A stretch of 63,507 bases of DNA, filler included, from Chiloscyllium plagiosum (lineage: Eukaryota): assembly GCF_004010195.1 (NCBI RefSeq). It is 4 parts of one record of this genome, joined end to end, with 100 filler letters (N's around TTAATTAATTAA, not from the genome) between each part and the next. Parts side by side here need not be neighbours in the genome. Positions count along the whole stretch, not along the records: positions 1 to 26,648 come from NC_057717.1; 3 more parts are not named here. One strand, 5' to 3'. Under the pieces are notes generated by a model. That model had not been told where the DNA came from and did not search any database. It was given only the letters and a program-made list of their open reading frames with translations. Position numbers and translations under genes: made by a program. Positions 12,655 to 23,923 of the stretch are shown one piece after another; the stretch's first letter is position 1; each line of letters begins with the position of its first letter.

Positions 12655-13145
12655 ATGCTGAGGTGGCAATTGTCTAGGTATTACCTCCAGACTAATAATC
12701 CAGGGTACCATGAAATGTACGCTGGATCCGAATCATGCCACGGCAGACGATGGAATTTGAATTCAATAAAACCGTTGGAATGAAGAATTGAATAAAACAT
12801 TGAAACTATCGTCGATTGTCAGAAAATAAATCCCCAGCTGATTCAAAATTGTCCTTCACGAAAAGAAATCTGCTATTGTCTCGTGGTCTGGTCTACATAT
12901 GACTGCACATCTACAGAAATGTGGTTGAATCTCAATTGTCCTTTGAAATTGCCAAGCCACTCAGTTATATTAATCGCTTCGAAGTGCCAAAGAAACAGCA
13001 CGAACCAATACGTTGGCAATTTACAGCACTTTGATTGCAGTGGTTCAAGACAGCAGCTCATCAACACTTTGCAGTGACAACTGGGAAAGGGATATAAATG
13101 CTGACCCAGCGAACGACACTCACAACCCATTAATGAATGAATGAA
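12655..13145 (+). mobile_element. Deu-domain SINE (SacSINE1-like), decayed; copy at ~25480-25965
   Basis: tRNA-like head (GGATCCGAATCATGCCACGGCAGACGATGGAATTTGAATTCAAT), Deu-like core GAAATCTGC...GGTCTGGTCTACATATGACTGCACA...AATGTGGTTGAATCTCAATTGTCC and a (TGAA)n tail. Confidence 0.75.
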
Positions 13146-14458
13146 GATGATCATACTCAGAGAAAAGAGAGAGACGGAGCTATCTAGGCATGACATTCAT
13201 GAATATGGGAAAGGGTGAAAAATAAATTAGATTAATCTCACATTTTATTCCCAATCCCAGTTAATCATAAACAATCCCATTGTTTACTTGTTTTTCTGTC
13301 TATCTCTCTGTTTTTTTCTCCATCTACTCAACTCACACCTCTTAAAAACAGAGCTCCCCCTCGCCAGCATCAATCTCACTATTTCCCAGTTGCTTTCAGT
13401 CACAAGATATGTTCAATGGACTCGAAATGTTAACTCTGTTTTTCTCTTAACAGAGGTTTCCAAACCTGCTCGATTTCCCCAGCACTGAACTGTTTCTTTC
13501 AGTTTCAAATCTCCACCTTTTTTGTTTGTTTCAATATTTAATTTGGTTATTTCATGGGATGTCGACATCGCTGCCAAGGGCAACTTTGCTGATCAATATT
13601 GTTAGCTCTTGATTTTGAGGCCAATCCACGAGGCAGTATATGGTCAGCACATTGTTGGGGTCTAAAGTCACTCCTATACCAAACCAGATAATAATGTTAG
13701 ATTTCTTTGGCAAAGGACACCAGTGAAACAGATAGACTTTCATGCATAATTCCGGGACCTTACGTTTGCTATAAGTGAATTTGGCATTTATTACAATTCT
13801 TATAATTTGATTTTAAGTTCTGCCATCAACTGTGCTAGGATTTGAAATAGTGCATTAAGAATAATATCCTGCACTTCTGAATTACTGCTCAACAACAAAA
13901 CTACTCTGATATGGAGTCACGATTGTGAAGCTTGGAGACAAGATAACAGTTTGATCGAAATATGTGCAACTGGAACAGTGGTTGCTGGAAAGCTGGAACC
14001 ACAAAGACTGACTTTACCAAGGCATAGAAAACGGTTTATTCAGGAACAGCACTGACACAGAGGTGGAACGTGGGATACAATGGAGGTGCTGATTGACAGG
14101 TTTTGCAATGAAGACAACAGTTAGACATAATTCAGTTCAAGGCAAAAAAATTCCTCGATATTATGAACATTTTCGTTCTCAGATATGAGGGTGAGGTCTG
14201 AAGTCGATGGGTAATGAGTGGAGTAGGTGACTGAGACTGATTACGTTAGTTTCAGGCATTGTCAAAAGGGAATAAAATCGAAATAACAATGAAATTCAAC
14301 ATACTTTATGGAATTAATAAAAGGACAAGGTAGAGAGACTTACCAGGTGCACCAATGATAGCAAGAATGGGATAGTAACCCGCCTGAATAATCAGCAGTA
14401 CACCTAATATCCAATATATAAAAGACCCCATAATAAACTCCTGTCGATTGTTGGAACA

Positions 14459-14881
14459 TTACATTCTAACGTTCTCAGATTCTGATCCATTGTTGGAATA
14501 TTCCAGTCTAATGGTCTCAGATTCTGATCTCTTCTTTCCATATCTCTGCAGATGTTGATCCTTGTTACTATCGGAGTTGATCCATCTGCTGCTACAACGG
14601 GATAAATCCCTGAAAGAAGCCTCGTAATAATAGGAGAGGGAAAGCCTGCAGTGACACAGTTCGAATCCTTGGAGAGTGACATCAATCACGGTCACGAAAC
14701 AAACATTTCCAGTTAACACCTTTCACGACAGCACTTTCAGTTCGCAATAGTAACTTTATCGGTTTGGATGTTGACACCACTGACTATCGGTCTCATTTCA
14801 CATCAGCAATTGCTCGATTCGGTAAACAGAGAGGTTTGGATGTTTTCTTTTTGCAGGCCAAATGATTTTGCCGTGTTTTTT
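14459..14881 (-). pseudogene. Decayed NKp30/NCR3-like VJ-type Ig receptor (V C-terminal half, stalk, TM, tail); 5' part in gap
   Basis: IVSGVNIQTD / SYYCELKVLS*KVLTGNVCFVTV (YYC at 14744-14752) resembles the NKp30 F-G strands (YVCRVEVLGLGVGTGNGTRLVV). It is followed by PLLLLRGFFQGFIP / VVAADGSTPIV (~14560-14640), resembling the Arg-containing NKp30 TM (LLLRAGFYAVSFLSVAVGST). Stops and frameshifts are present. Confidence 0.5.
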
Positions 14882-15399
14882 NNNNNNNNNNNNNNNNNNN
14901 NNNNNNNNNNNNNNNNNNNNNNNNNNNNNNNNNNNNNNNNNNNNNNNNNNNNNNNNNNNNNNNNNNNNNNNNNNNNNNNNNNNNNNNNNNNNNNNNNNNN
15001 NNNNNNNNNNNNNNNNNNNNNNNNNNNNNNNNNNNNNNNNNNNNNNNNNNNNNNNNNNNNNNNNNNNNNNNNNNNNNNNNNNNNNNNNNNNNNNNNNNNN
15101 NNNNNNNNNNNNNNNNNNNNNNNNNNNNNNNNNNNNNNNNNNNNNNNNNNNNNNNNNNNNNNNNNNNNNNNNNNNNNNNNNNNNNACTCCTTCAGGTTCT
15201 CATAACGCCTTGTCTATTACACAGGTTTCTACAACGAATTTCTTCCATTAAGTCATTGTACAATTCTGTTTGGAAACTCCTCACCTGTCCCTCTCACTCT
15301 TCCATGTTATCGCCTCCAGACTCTACATCCATCTCGATCTCAGAGACCACCTTAACTCCATAACCTTCTTCGACCGACCTTCAACTGTAAATTCTGGCA

Positions 15400-16640
15400 G
15401 AATCTTTACGACACATAATTTCTTTAAACTCATCTGAACCACACACCTCACCCTGTCCGTTTAATCTCCAATTAACCCTAAATCCATCCCGACCTCTCTA
15501 ACATCCTCCAAACCCAACAACACCATCTCTCTAACCTTCTCCAAACACGACACCCCTCTCTATTTATCAAACCTTCTTCAAACGCTACATGCCATTCACT
15601 CCCTTACTTTCTTAACACCCCCCCTGATCTCTCAAACTTTCTCCTAATCCTACAACGTCGCTGTTTCTGTAACTTCCTCCAACCCGGACACTCATCCCTC
15701 TTTCACAAACCTCCTTCTACTCATACACATATTGCTCTTTTACAAATCTCCACTAATCTGCATCCTTTCCTATGTCTCTAAGCTCCACAAAACTACACCC
15801 CCACCAATTTCTCTAAACTCCTCCAGCTTCAACATCACCCCTAACTCGATAATCTCCTCCAGGCAGAGCAATCCTTCCTGCCTTACTGTCCTCCTCCATA
15901 CCGCACACCACTTCCTATTGCTCTAACTTCCTCTAAACCCTCCACTCCTCCCTTTCTATCGAACCTCTTCCAAACCCTGCACCCCTCCGTATTTCTCTCA
16001 TCTCTTCTAAACCCTGCAACATCCCCGTCTCGCCAAACGTCTGCAGCTTCTTAATCCCTCCCAAATAACATCTCTAACTTCCTCCAGGCCCTTCACCCTT
16101 CCTATCTCTCGACACTTGTCCAGCAACTTCATCACTCCTGGTCTTTCGAACCGCATCGACATCAAACCCTGCACCCCTCCGTATTTCTCTCATCTCTTCT
16201 AAACCCTGCAACATCCCCGTCTCTCCAAACGTCTGCAGCTTCTTAATCCCTCCCAAATAACATCTCTAACTTCCTCCACGCCCTTCACCCTTCCTATCTC
16301 TCGACACTTGTCCAGCAACTTCATCCCTCCTGATCTTTCTAACCGCATCGACATCCGACACTGTACCATTTCTCGCTAACAACCTCCAGCTCCTTTACAC
16401 CTCCCTAACTCTCCAACCATCTCCTGTCCCTACAACCCTCCCTAGCTTTCTAAACTGCTTCAGCTCCTACATGCACCCCTATTTCTCTAATCTCCTACAG
16501 AACATACACCGCCCCTTTTCCTCTAACCACTTCCAGCTTCAAACCTCTCCCTTCGTCTGTACGTATCTCCAGCCGCTCCATTACTTCTTATGCCTGTAAT
16601 CACCATCAGCCTTCTCTCCCCTCCCATCTCTCTAAACTTC
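15400..16640 (+). repeat. Degenerate C/T-rich minisatellite (~33-38 bp units, CTCTAACxTCCTCCAxxCCCTACAxC); copy at ~27050-28080
   Basis: Recurrent CTCTAAC..CTCCA..CCC motifs and a strongly pyrimidine-rich strand. Contains a 192-bp internal tandem duplication at 15971-16354. Confidence 0.8.
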
Positions 16641-16719
16641 AGTCGTCACCCAACACACGTTATCCTGTGAATGGATTAAAAGTTCTCATGAGCCTGCTAT
16701 CGCATGCACAGATATTGCT

Positions 16720-19210
16720 ATCTCTGTAGAGTCTCCAGCTTTGTTTGCCTGTGTCGATAAATCTCCATAATTGCTTTCTTATATCCTAATATCTTCAGTC
16801 TTATTTTCCATTCTCTGTAACATCTGATGCCATGCTTTTCTATCTCGAGAATATCTCCTGACGTGCATTCCTATCTTTGTAACATCTCCAGCCTTGCATT
16901 AGTGTCTGTGCAACATCTCCAGACTTGCTTTCCTATCTTTGTAATATCTCCGGCCTTGATTTATTACCTCTATTCCTGTGGTTAAATGACATCAGCAACC
17001 CGAGGAAACCTAAACATATAAATTGAAAGTCTGCCCTGCCACCAGTGCTACATCCGGAGGCTCGCTGCTGATGTTATCTAATATCATGGCGTAACGTCTG
17101 AAAACGAACAGTCCAGCTCAGCGAGTAAGGCGACATCCACAACCTCAACCTGAGCAACACATCTTTTGAAAACTCGCTGTTCTTTCCTATGCCTGTAACA
17201 TCTACAGCATTGCTTTCCTGTCTCTTTAACATCTTCAGCGTTGCTTTCCTTTCTATGTACCATCTCCTACTCAGCTTTCCTATATCCATAACATCTCCAG
17301 CCTTGCTCTCCTACTTTTGTAACATCACCAGAATTGTTATTTCAATTTCTGTAACATCTCCAGCCTTGTTTCCTTATCTCTGTAACATATCCAGCGTTCC
17401 TTTCCTATCTCTGTAACATCTTGAACCATGTTTTTTCCTATGTCGGAAACATCTCCAACCTGGCTTTCCTATCTCTGTAGTATATCCAGTGTTGTTTTTC
17501 TATGTCAACATCATCTCCAGTCTTGGTTTCCTCTCTCTGTAACATTTCTAGACATTTTTTCCTACCTGTGTCACACCTCCATCCGTCCTTTCCTCTCTCT
17601 GTAACATCTCCAGGTCTATCTTTCGTTATTTTGTAACATCTCTACCGTTGTTTTTCTTTCTCTGTAAAAGATTCAGCCCATCCAGCTGATCTCTGCCACA
17701 TCTCTGGCCTTGCTTTGCTGAATGAGTAACATCACCAGCCTTGTTTTCCTGTCTCTGCAAAATCCCCAGCCTTGCTTTCCTACCTATGTAAAGTCTCCAG
17801 CATTGTTTTCCTATCTCTGCAACATCTCCAGCTTTGCGTTTCTGTATGTGGGCCATCCCCAGCCTTGCTTTTTGAACTCTGTAAAATCTCCAAGCTTGAG
17901 TTCTGATCTGTTTAATACTTCTAGCCATCTTTTCCGGTCTATTTATTATGTCCAGCCTTCCTTCCCTACATTTGCATTATCTACAACCTTGCTTTCCTAT
18001 CTCTATAAAATCTGAGGCATCGCTTTCCTATTTGTGTAACATGTCAAGCTTTGCTTTCCTATTTTTAAAAATATCTCCAGTCTTGCTTTCCTATCACTGT
18101 AAGACTTCTAACATTGCATTCCTATCGATGTAACACTTCCAGCTTTGTGTTACTATCTCTGCAAAATCTGTAATCTTGTTTTCCTATTTCTATAACATCT
18201 GCAGCTTGGATCTCCTATTTCTATAAGCCCTCTGGTGTTGCATCCCTATCTATGTAACTTCTCCAGCCTTGTTTTCTATCTCTGTACAATCTGCAAACTA
18301 GCATTTCTATCTCTGTAACATTTCTAGCCTTGCTTTTCTATCCATGTATCATCCCCACCCTTCCTGCCCTATCTCTGTAACATCTCCGACCATACTATCG
18401 TATCTATTTAACATCTCCATCTTTGTTTTCCTATCGCTGTAATGTATCCAACCTTTCTTTCCTCTCCATGTATAATTTCCAGCTTTGCTTTCGTATCTCT
18501 GCATCATCTCCAGCCTTGGTTTCTTATTTCTGTAATATCTCCTGCCTTGCTTTCCTATCCATGTGACATCTCCAGAATTGCTTTCCTATGTAAATAACAT
18601 CTCCATCTTGTTTCCCTATCCCTGTAGTATCACCAGCCTTGCTTTCCTATTCTATAACATCTCCAGTGATGCGTTCCTATCCATGTCACATCTGCAGCCC
18701 TGCTTTTCTATCTCAATAACATCTCCAACCTTGTTTTTTCTATCAATGTAACCTCTCGAGCCATGCTTTCATCTCTCTGTAACATCTCCAGCGTTGCTTT
18801 CCAATCCACGTAATGTCTTCAGCCCTGCTTTCCTATCTCTCTGACATCTCCAGCCTTGCTTTCCTGTCCGTGTAATATCTCCAGCCTTGTTTCATATCTG
18901 CGTAACAGCTCCAGACCTGCTTTCCCATCGAAGTAGCATCACCAGCCTTCCTTTTCTATCCCTGTTTCATCCCCAGCCTAGTATTCCCAACTCTATAATA
19001 TCTCCAGTCTTGCAATCGTTTCTCTGTATAATCTCCAACAATGCATTTCTAACATTATAACGTCTACAGCCTTCCTTTTCTATCTCTGTAACATCTCTCG
19101 CCGTGCTTTCCTATATCCAAACATTGCTTTCATATTTCCTAACATTGTGTCGACTCCAGACTTGCAATCCTAACTCTACAATATTTCCAGGCTTCATTTT
19201 CTATCTCTTC
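16720..19210 (+). repeat. 31-bp satellite array (consensus CTCTGTAACATCTCCAGCCTTGCTTTCCTAT)
   Basis: GTAACA recurs at 17351, 17382 and 17413 (period 31). Dozens of diverged units, interrupted by a Penelope fragment at ~16985-17175. Confidence 0.92.
16985..17175 (+). mobile_element. Penelope-like 3' (pseudo-LTR) fragment with decayed hammerhead core; copies at ~28420-28610 and ~47930-48120 (minus)
   Basis: ATGACATCAGCAACCCGAGGAAACCTAAAC...GGAGGCTCGCTGCTGATGTTATC...GTAACGTCTG is homologous to the PLE ends at 50583-50740 and 55480-55630. Confidence 0.75.
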
Positions 19211-19469
19211 CAGAATTCACACTATTCGACTTTTGTAAACTCCTCATGTCCTTTAACATCTCCTGGTTTTTGTAAATTGCTGCAGCCTGCACACACCTCC
19301 TTATCTCTGTTATCTCCAGCGTCATCCTCTGGTGTATTTAGGGGGTAACAGAGGCTATCTACCTGCGCAGCGACATGAATATGCTTGCATTGTCTCCACA
19401 GAGGATGTAACAGAAAATCTTCCAGAAATATCAGGAAAATGGGTCACCCAAGAAATTGAGAAACACAAA

Positions 19470-19726
19470 CTCCATCAACAAACACATCGACCTGGACCCA
19501 ATATACCAACCACTACAGCGGACAGCTGAAACGGACAACCGGAAACGGCAGGGACAGACCACTATAAACACCGGAGGAAACATCAAAGAAGCGCTTCGCA
19601 GGAGGCTCCCAAGCACTGATGATGTCGCCTAGCCAGGGGACGAAACGTTTGCAACAAAAACTTTCAGCTCGGCGAACAGAACCACAACAACGAGCACCCG
19701 AGCTACAAATCTTCGCACAAACCTTA
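19470..19726 (+). mobile_element. Short Penelope-like insertion with 9-bp TSD and hammerhead ribozyme
   Basis: Flanked by AAACACAAA at 19461-19469 and 19727-19735. The paralogous site at ~35705-35730 is empty (GAGAAACACAAAGAAATTAG). A related copy lies at 63320-63507 (minus). Confidence 0.88.
19613..19652 (+). ncRNA. Minimal type I hammerhead ribozyme motif (Penelope-associated)
   Basis: GCA-CTGATGA-T-GTCGCCT-AGCC-AGGGGAC-GAAA-CG-TT-TGC: conserved CUGANGA/GAAA core, stem II with one mismatch, palindromic ACGT stem III and stem I GCA/TGC. Confidence 0.75.
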
Positions 19727-20119
19727 AAACACAAAAAAATTAGAAGAGGAATTACTCGAAAAAAAATCATTGCGGTGAAGAGTGGTTCAACTCTGCACCA
19801 CATGAATGGCGAAATACACATGCAGCTTGAAGGTTAAGCTTGCTGGATTTATTTTTCCAAAACTGGTATACACACAATGGATCTTTTTCTCCCGTAAATT
19901 CATTAGATCTACGAGCCACATTTCGAACTATTGAGGGAGATCAAAGTTCTTCAATACTCTTTAGATTCCTGAGAGGATCCCGCAGATGACAAAGTAGCGA
20001 TTGTGACAGCGAATATTTCAAACAGGATGGAGAACGAAAACAGAGAAATAAAAGGAGTGGATTACTTGATGCCAGTTGTGAGGAAAATAATAATACTTTT
20101 CTTGTCAGCATTTTTTTCG

Positions 20120-20908
20120 AAACCGTTTGCTAATTAAATTAAACACCCCACAAAACCACGGAATCTGCTAATAGCGTCACTGAGAAAAGAAACCCTGCCA
20201 TTCCAAAGTTTATGGAAATAAAGTAATTCATGTTGCTAATTCTAACACTGAACACGGAAGCAAAGCTGTTAACAAACTCAACCCCCTTCTTTCTTAAATA
20301 CTCACAATCTGACCAAACTCTAATAAAAAATACTCCTTTTATAACATGATTAATAAACATTGAATGAACCTAATTTCTCAAAGTTCAAGCAGTCTTTTAT
20401 GCTCTCTTCCTTGCTGTTTTCAGAATCTCCTATCTTCCCTGCGTGTTTCACATTCTGCTGATTTCTTCTTTCCTTCTGTTTCTGCTGTCTTCTCCTGGGC
20501 GGCCTTCATTCTCTTTACTGTGAGTATTTTTAGTGATAAATTGTTTCTCTGATGTTTTCAAAGATGGCACATTCTGATACTTGTCTTTGACAGTTTTGAG
20601 AGCCCTTGCAGATTACACGTGCTCTCGGTGGGCAGCTAGCTCTGGGTAATTTTCAAAATGTCCTTCCTTCTTTAGATTCTGAAGACCCCGTAATTGACCA
20701 AATGGTTTCAATACAATCAAATTTAAATTCCATTGGTTTTTGTGATACGGAACATAACTTAACTGAATTGGCTACATTCAAAACCGGTTGCATTAAAATC
20801 AAAACCCAATGTCACGCTGATTGTTACATATTATAAAAATCGCAGTAATCTCTGCACCGGCCAATATGTCACATACGTGCTCTCAGAATCTCTCAGCTCA
20901 GAAAGGCA
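20120..20908 (-). mobile_element. LTR-like segment of a Ty3/Gypsy element; copies at ~36100-36553, ~37330-38120, ~42585-43370, diverged relative at ~41870-42240
   Basis: In the inverted copies this sequence directly follows a Gypsy RNase H end and a purine tract (TTTAACAGAGAGGTG). Confidence 0.55.
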
Positions 20909-23629
20909 NNNNNNNNNNNNNNNNNNNNNNNNNNNNNNNNNNNNNNNNNNNNNNNNNNNNNNNNNNNNNNNNNNNNNNNNNNNNNNNNNNNNNNNNNNNN
21001 NNNNNNNNNNNNNNNNNNNNNNNNNNNNNNNNNNNNNNNNNNNNNNNNNNNNNNNNNNNNNNNNNNNNNNNNNNNNNNNNNNNNNNNNNNNNNNNNNNNN
21101 NNNNNNNNNNNNNNNNNNNNNNNNNNNNNNNNNNNNNNNNNNNNNNNNNNNNNNNNNNNNNNNNNNNNNNNNNNNNNNNNNNNNNNNNNNNNNNNNNNNN
21201 NNNNNNNNNNNNNNNNNNNNNNNNNNNNNNNNNNNNNNNNNNNNNNNNNNNNNNNNNNNNNNNNNNNNNNNNNNNNNNNNNNNNNNNNNNNNNNNNNNNN
21301 NNNNNNNNNNNNNNNNNNNNNNNNNNNNNNNNNNNNNNNNNNNNNNNNNNNNNNNNNNNNNNNNNNNNNNNNNNNNNNNNNNNNNNNNNNNNNNNNNNNN
21401 NNNNNNNNATTTTTGCAAATTTATGACATCTGCCTAACTTGTCCCGACCACTGAACACAAATCAGTCTGAGAGTTACATAACTAACCATATCAGCAATCT
21501 GATTACAATTGAACTTGTCAGGAGTGAGACTAGAAAAGGGCACAGTTACCCTCCAACATCGCTCAAACTTCTCAACGGGCCACATGAGTTAATATTCTCA
21601 TCCCCAAAGGTTCTGGTGTTACGTGTTGAATTTATTCAAAACTATTAGTGAGATATTTGACAGTCAAGTGAGTCAATGATAAGAAAGTGCAACTCTTTTT
21701 ACAAACAAATCAACTATGACCTTATGTTATGTTGGAGCAGGGCAAAGGGTATCATGACCAATTCCTGCCCCTCATTCCGGTTTCCTATTGTTCAATTCTG
21801 CCGCCACAATGTGCTACACAGGGGCAGTTAGAGGCCGTTTGGTTATAATAGCTGGTGCGCAGAAACAGAAGAGACATTTCAGACCCTCAAGACTGTCATT
21901 CACGGTTTTTGGTGGATTGGAAAATGTAATTGGGAAGCGAATGTGGTGCCAATGTGGAACATCCCCTTCCTCTCTTTTTACAGAAGTTAACCTCTCTCCA
22001 TTTCTTGGTCAAGTTGTTGGCACAGATCTACTGTGAATACAACACACAGAATTTGCTCACAAATTCCTCTGGTCTCCCTGACTGCAACATTCAATAATAA
22101 GAATTCGAGGACGATTACAACCACTGACTTTCCTGTAACAGCATTCAAGAACATAAGAAATATGACTAAGTCATTCAGGTCCTCAATCCAAACTTACACT
22201 TCAATAATATCATGGCTAATCTACTCCAGACCTCAACTCCTCTCTTATGCCCAATCCCTGCAGCCCTCAATTCTCTGGTGCTTTTAAAATTCATTGTGCT
22301 CCCCCTTCCAAACATCTCGTACACTATCTCCCCGAACACTCTGGTATAGTGATGTCACGACAGTCACTACCCTCTGTGAAAAGGAAACATTCCCACACGA
22401 ACACGGTGTCTTAAAGATATTAACAAAAGACATGAACACAAGGTAGGAATGAATGGCCCTGATATCAAGGCAGGATTTGACTGATGATCGTATCAAGGAA
22501 CCCGAACAAAATTGAACTTAATGGAATCCGTTGTAAACCTCCCACTGCATGAGATCATTCAGAGCACAAAGCGTGATATTTGTGGTTAATGGAAGTCAAT
22601 CCTCTCAGTCACGGGATATCTCAATAGGAAATCCTCAACTTTGCTTCCACAGTACAAACATCTTCAGCCGCTCCATAAATGCCTTGCCTACACCATAAGA
22701 TCAGAAGTGGGATGTTCACTGAAGATTAAGCAATGTTCAGAAAAATGTACCCACCCCACCCCATCTTCTGAAGCCGTGTATAACCATGTGCAGTAAGACC
22801 TGGACAACACTCGCGATTGTGCTGCGAAAGTGTCATGAACATTCACGTAACAGTACTGCTACGTACTCATTACCACCGTAATAAAAGAGTTTATTCAACA
22901 CCTCAAACTAATTTCCCAGTAATATGAAGAAGCCGTTCATCGCATCGAATCGATTTGATAAGAAGAAGGCTTATTCAGTCTCACCTGCCCGTTGCATATG
23001 GAGGCAAAGAGCCCAGATAGCACACCGAGGTGTTCATCGGAAACCATTGCTAATGGTTCACACATGTTACTTAAACATAGTTTGTTGACAGTGAGGACGG
23101 AAAGTCAATGATGCATGACACATCTGAAACAAGCACTTTCCCCCACCGAGAAGACAGCCTGCATTCCTATGGATGTCAGAAGCTGGTAGCAATAGCTAAC
23201 GTTTTCTGGAGTAAAGCATTGTGGCTGCTGAGAGATTTGTGCACAGTGCAGGGTCACACACAAACTTGACTTTGAGATCGTGAGTGTTCTTTCAGAGCCT
23301 GGGGCTCCACACAGGTACGTGAACTATCAGGAATCACATATCATGGAGAAAAAAATATACAATTTCTTATTCTATGATGTGTTTTCTGAACATAATGGAT
23401 GTCAGTCTACAACCCTCAAGTTGCAGTGCATTCACCTCTTACTTTCTCACAGTGTGGCTGATTAAACATGCATTTACTTCACATTCTCCTCATGGTACCA
23501 TCATCGTCTGGTAAAACCCCTTTGCACTCTTTCTGTGGCAAATTGAACATTCCTTATAACAGACAGAAAATCTGTACAAATTGCCCAAATATTGCCTCAA
23601 CAATACGCTACAATATCAGGATGATACAT

Positions 23630-23923
23630 TCGACTCAGGCGACTGACTGTGTGGAGTTTGCACATTCTCCCCGTGTCTGCGTGGCTTTCCTCCGGGTGCT
23701 CCGGTTTCCTCCCACAGTCACAAAGATGTGCGGGTTAGGTGAATTGGCCATGCTAAATTGCCCGTAGTGTTAGGTGAAGGGGTAAATGTAGGAGAATGGG
23801 TGGGTTGCGCTTCGGCGGGTCGGTGTGAACTTGTTGGGCCGAAGGGCCTGTTTCCACACTGTAAGCAATCTAATCTAATCTAATCTAATCTAATCTAATC
23901 TAATCTAATCTAATCTAATCTAA
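23630..23923 (+). mobile_element. HE1/V-SINE, duplicate of 10793-11103, (TCTAA)11 tail
   Basis: Same V-domain, tail and insertion context as the copy A SINE. Confidence 0.92.

Larger units (their letters stand above)
8559..20908 (+). repeat. Segmental duplication unit, copy A
   Basis: Sequence from ATTTTTGCAAATTTATGACATCTGCC (8559) recurs at 21409 and stays colinear at ~12.85 kb offset. Paired ORFs are nearly identical (8948/21788, 9444/22284, 11305/24123, 15732/27360). Confidence 0.95.

Noticed and set aside
13920..14140. Plus-strand VKLGDKITV*...VLIDRFCNEDNS*T*F, vaguely Ig-like
   Set aside because: Both expected cysteines would have to be mutated, several stops are present and I saw no splice signals. 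Too weak to call.
16720..19210. Regular ~31-bp periodicity resembling a CRISPR array, and ORFs across it
   Set aside because: The units are contiguous and degenerate with no unique spacers, the context is eukaryotic, and the ORFs are by-products of the satellite.
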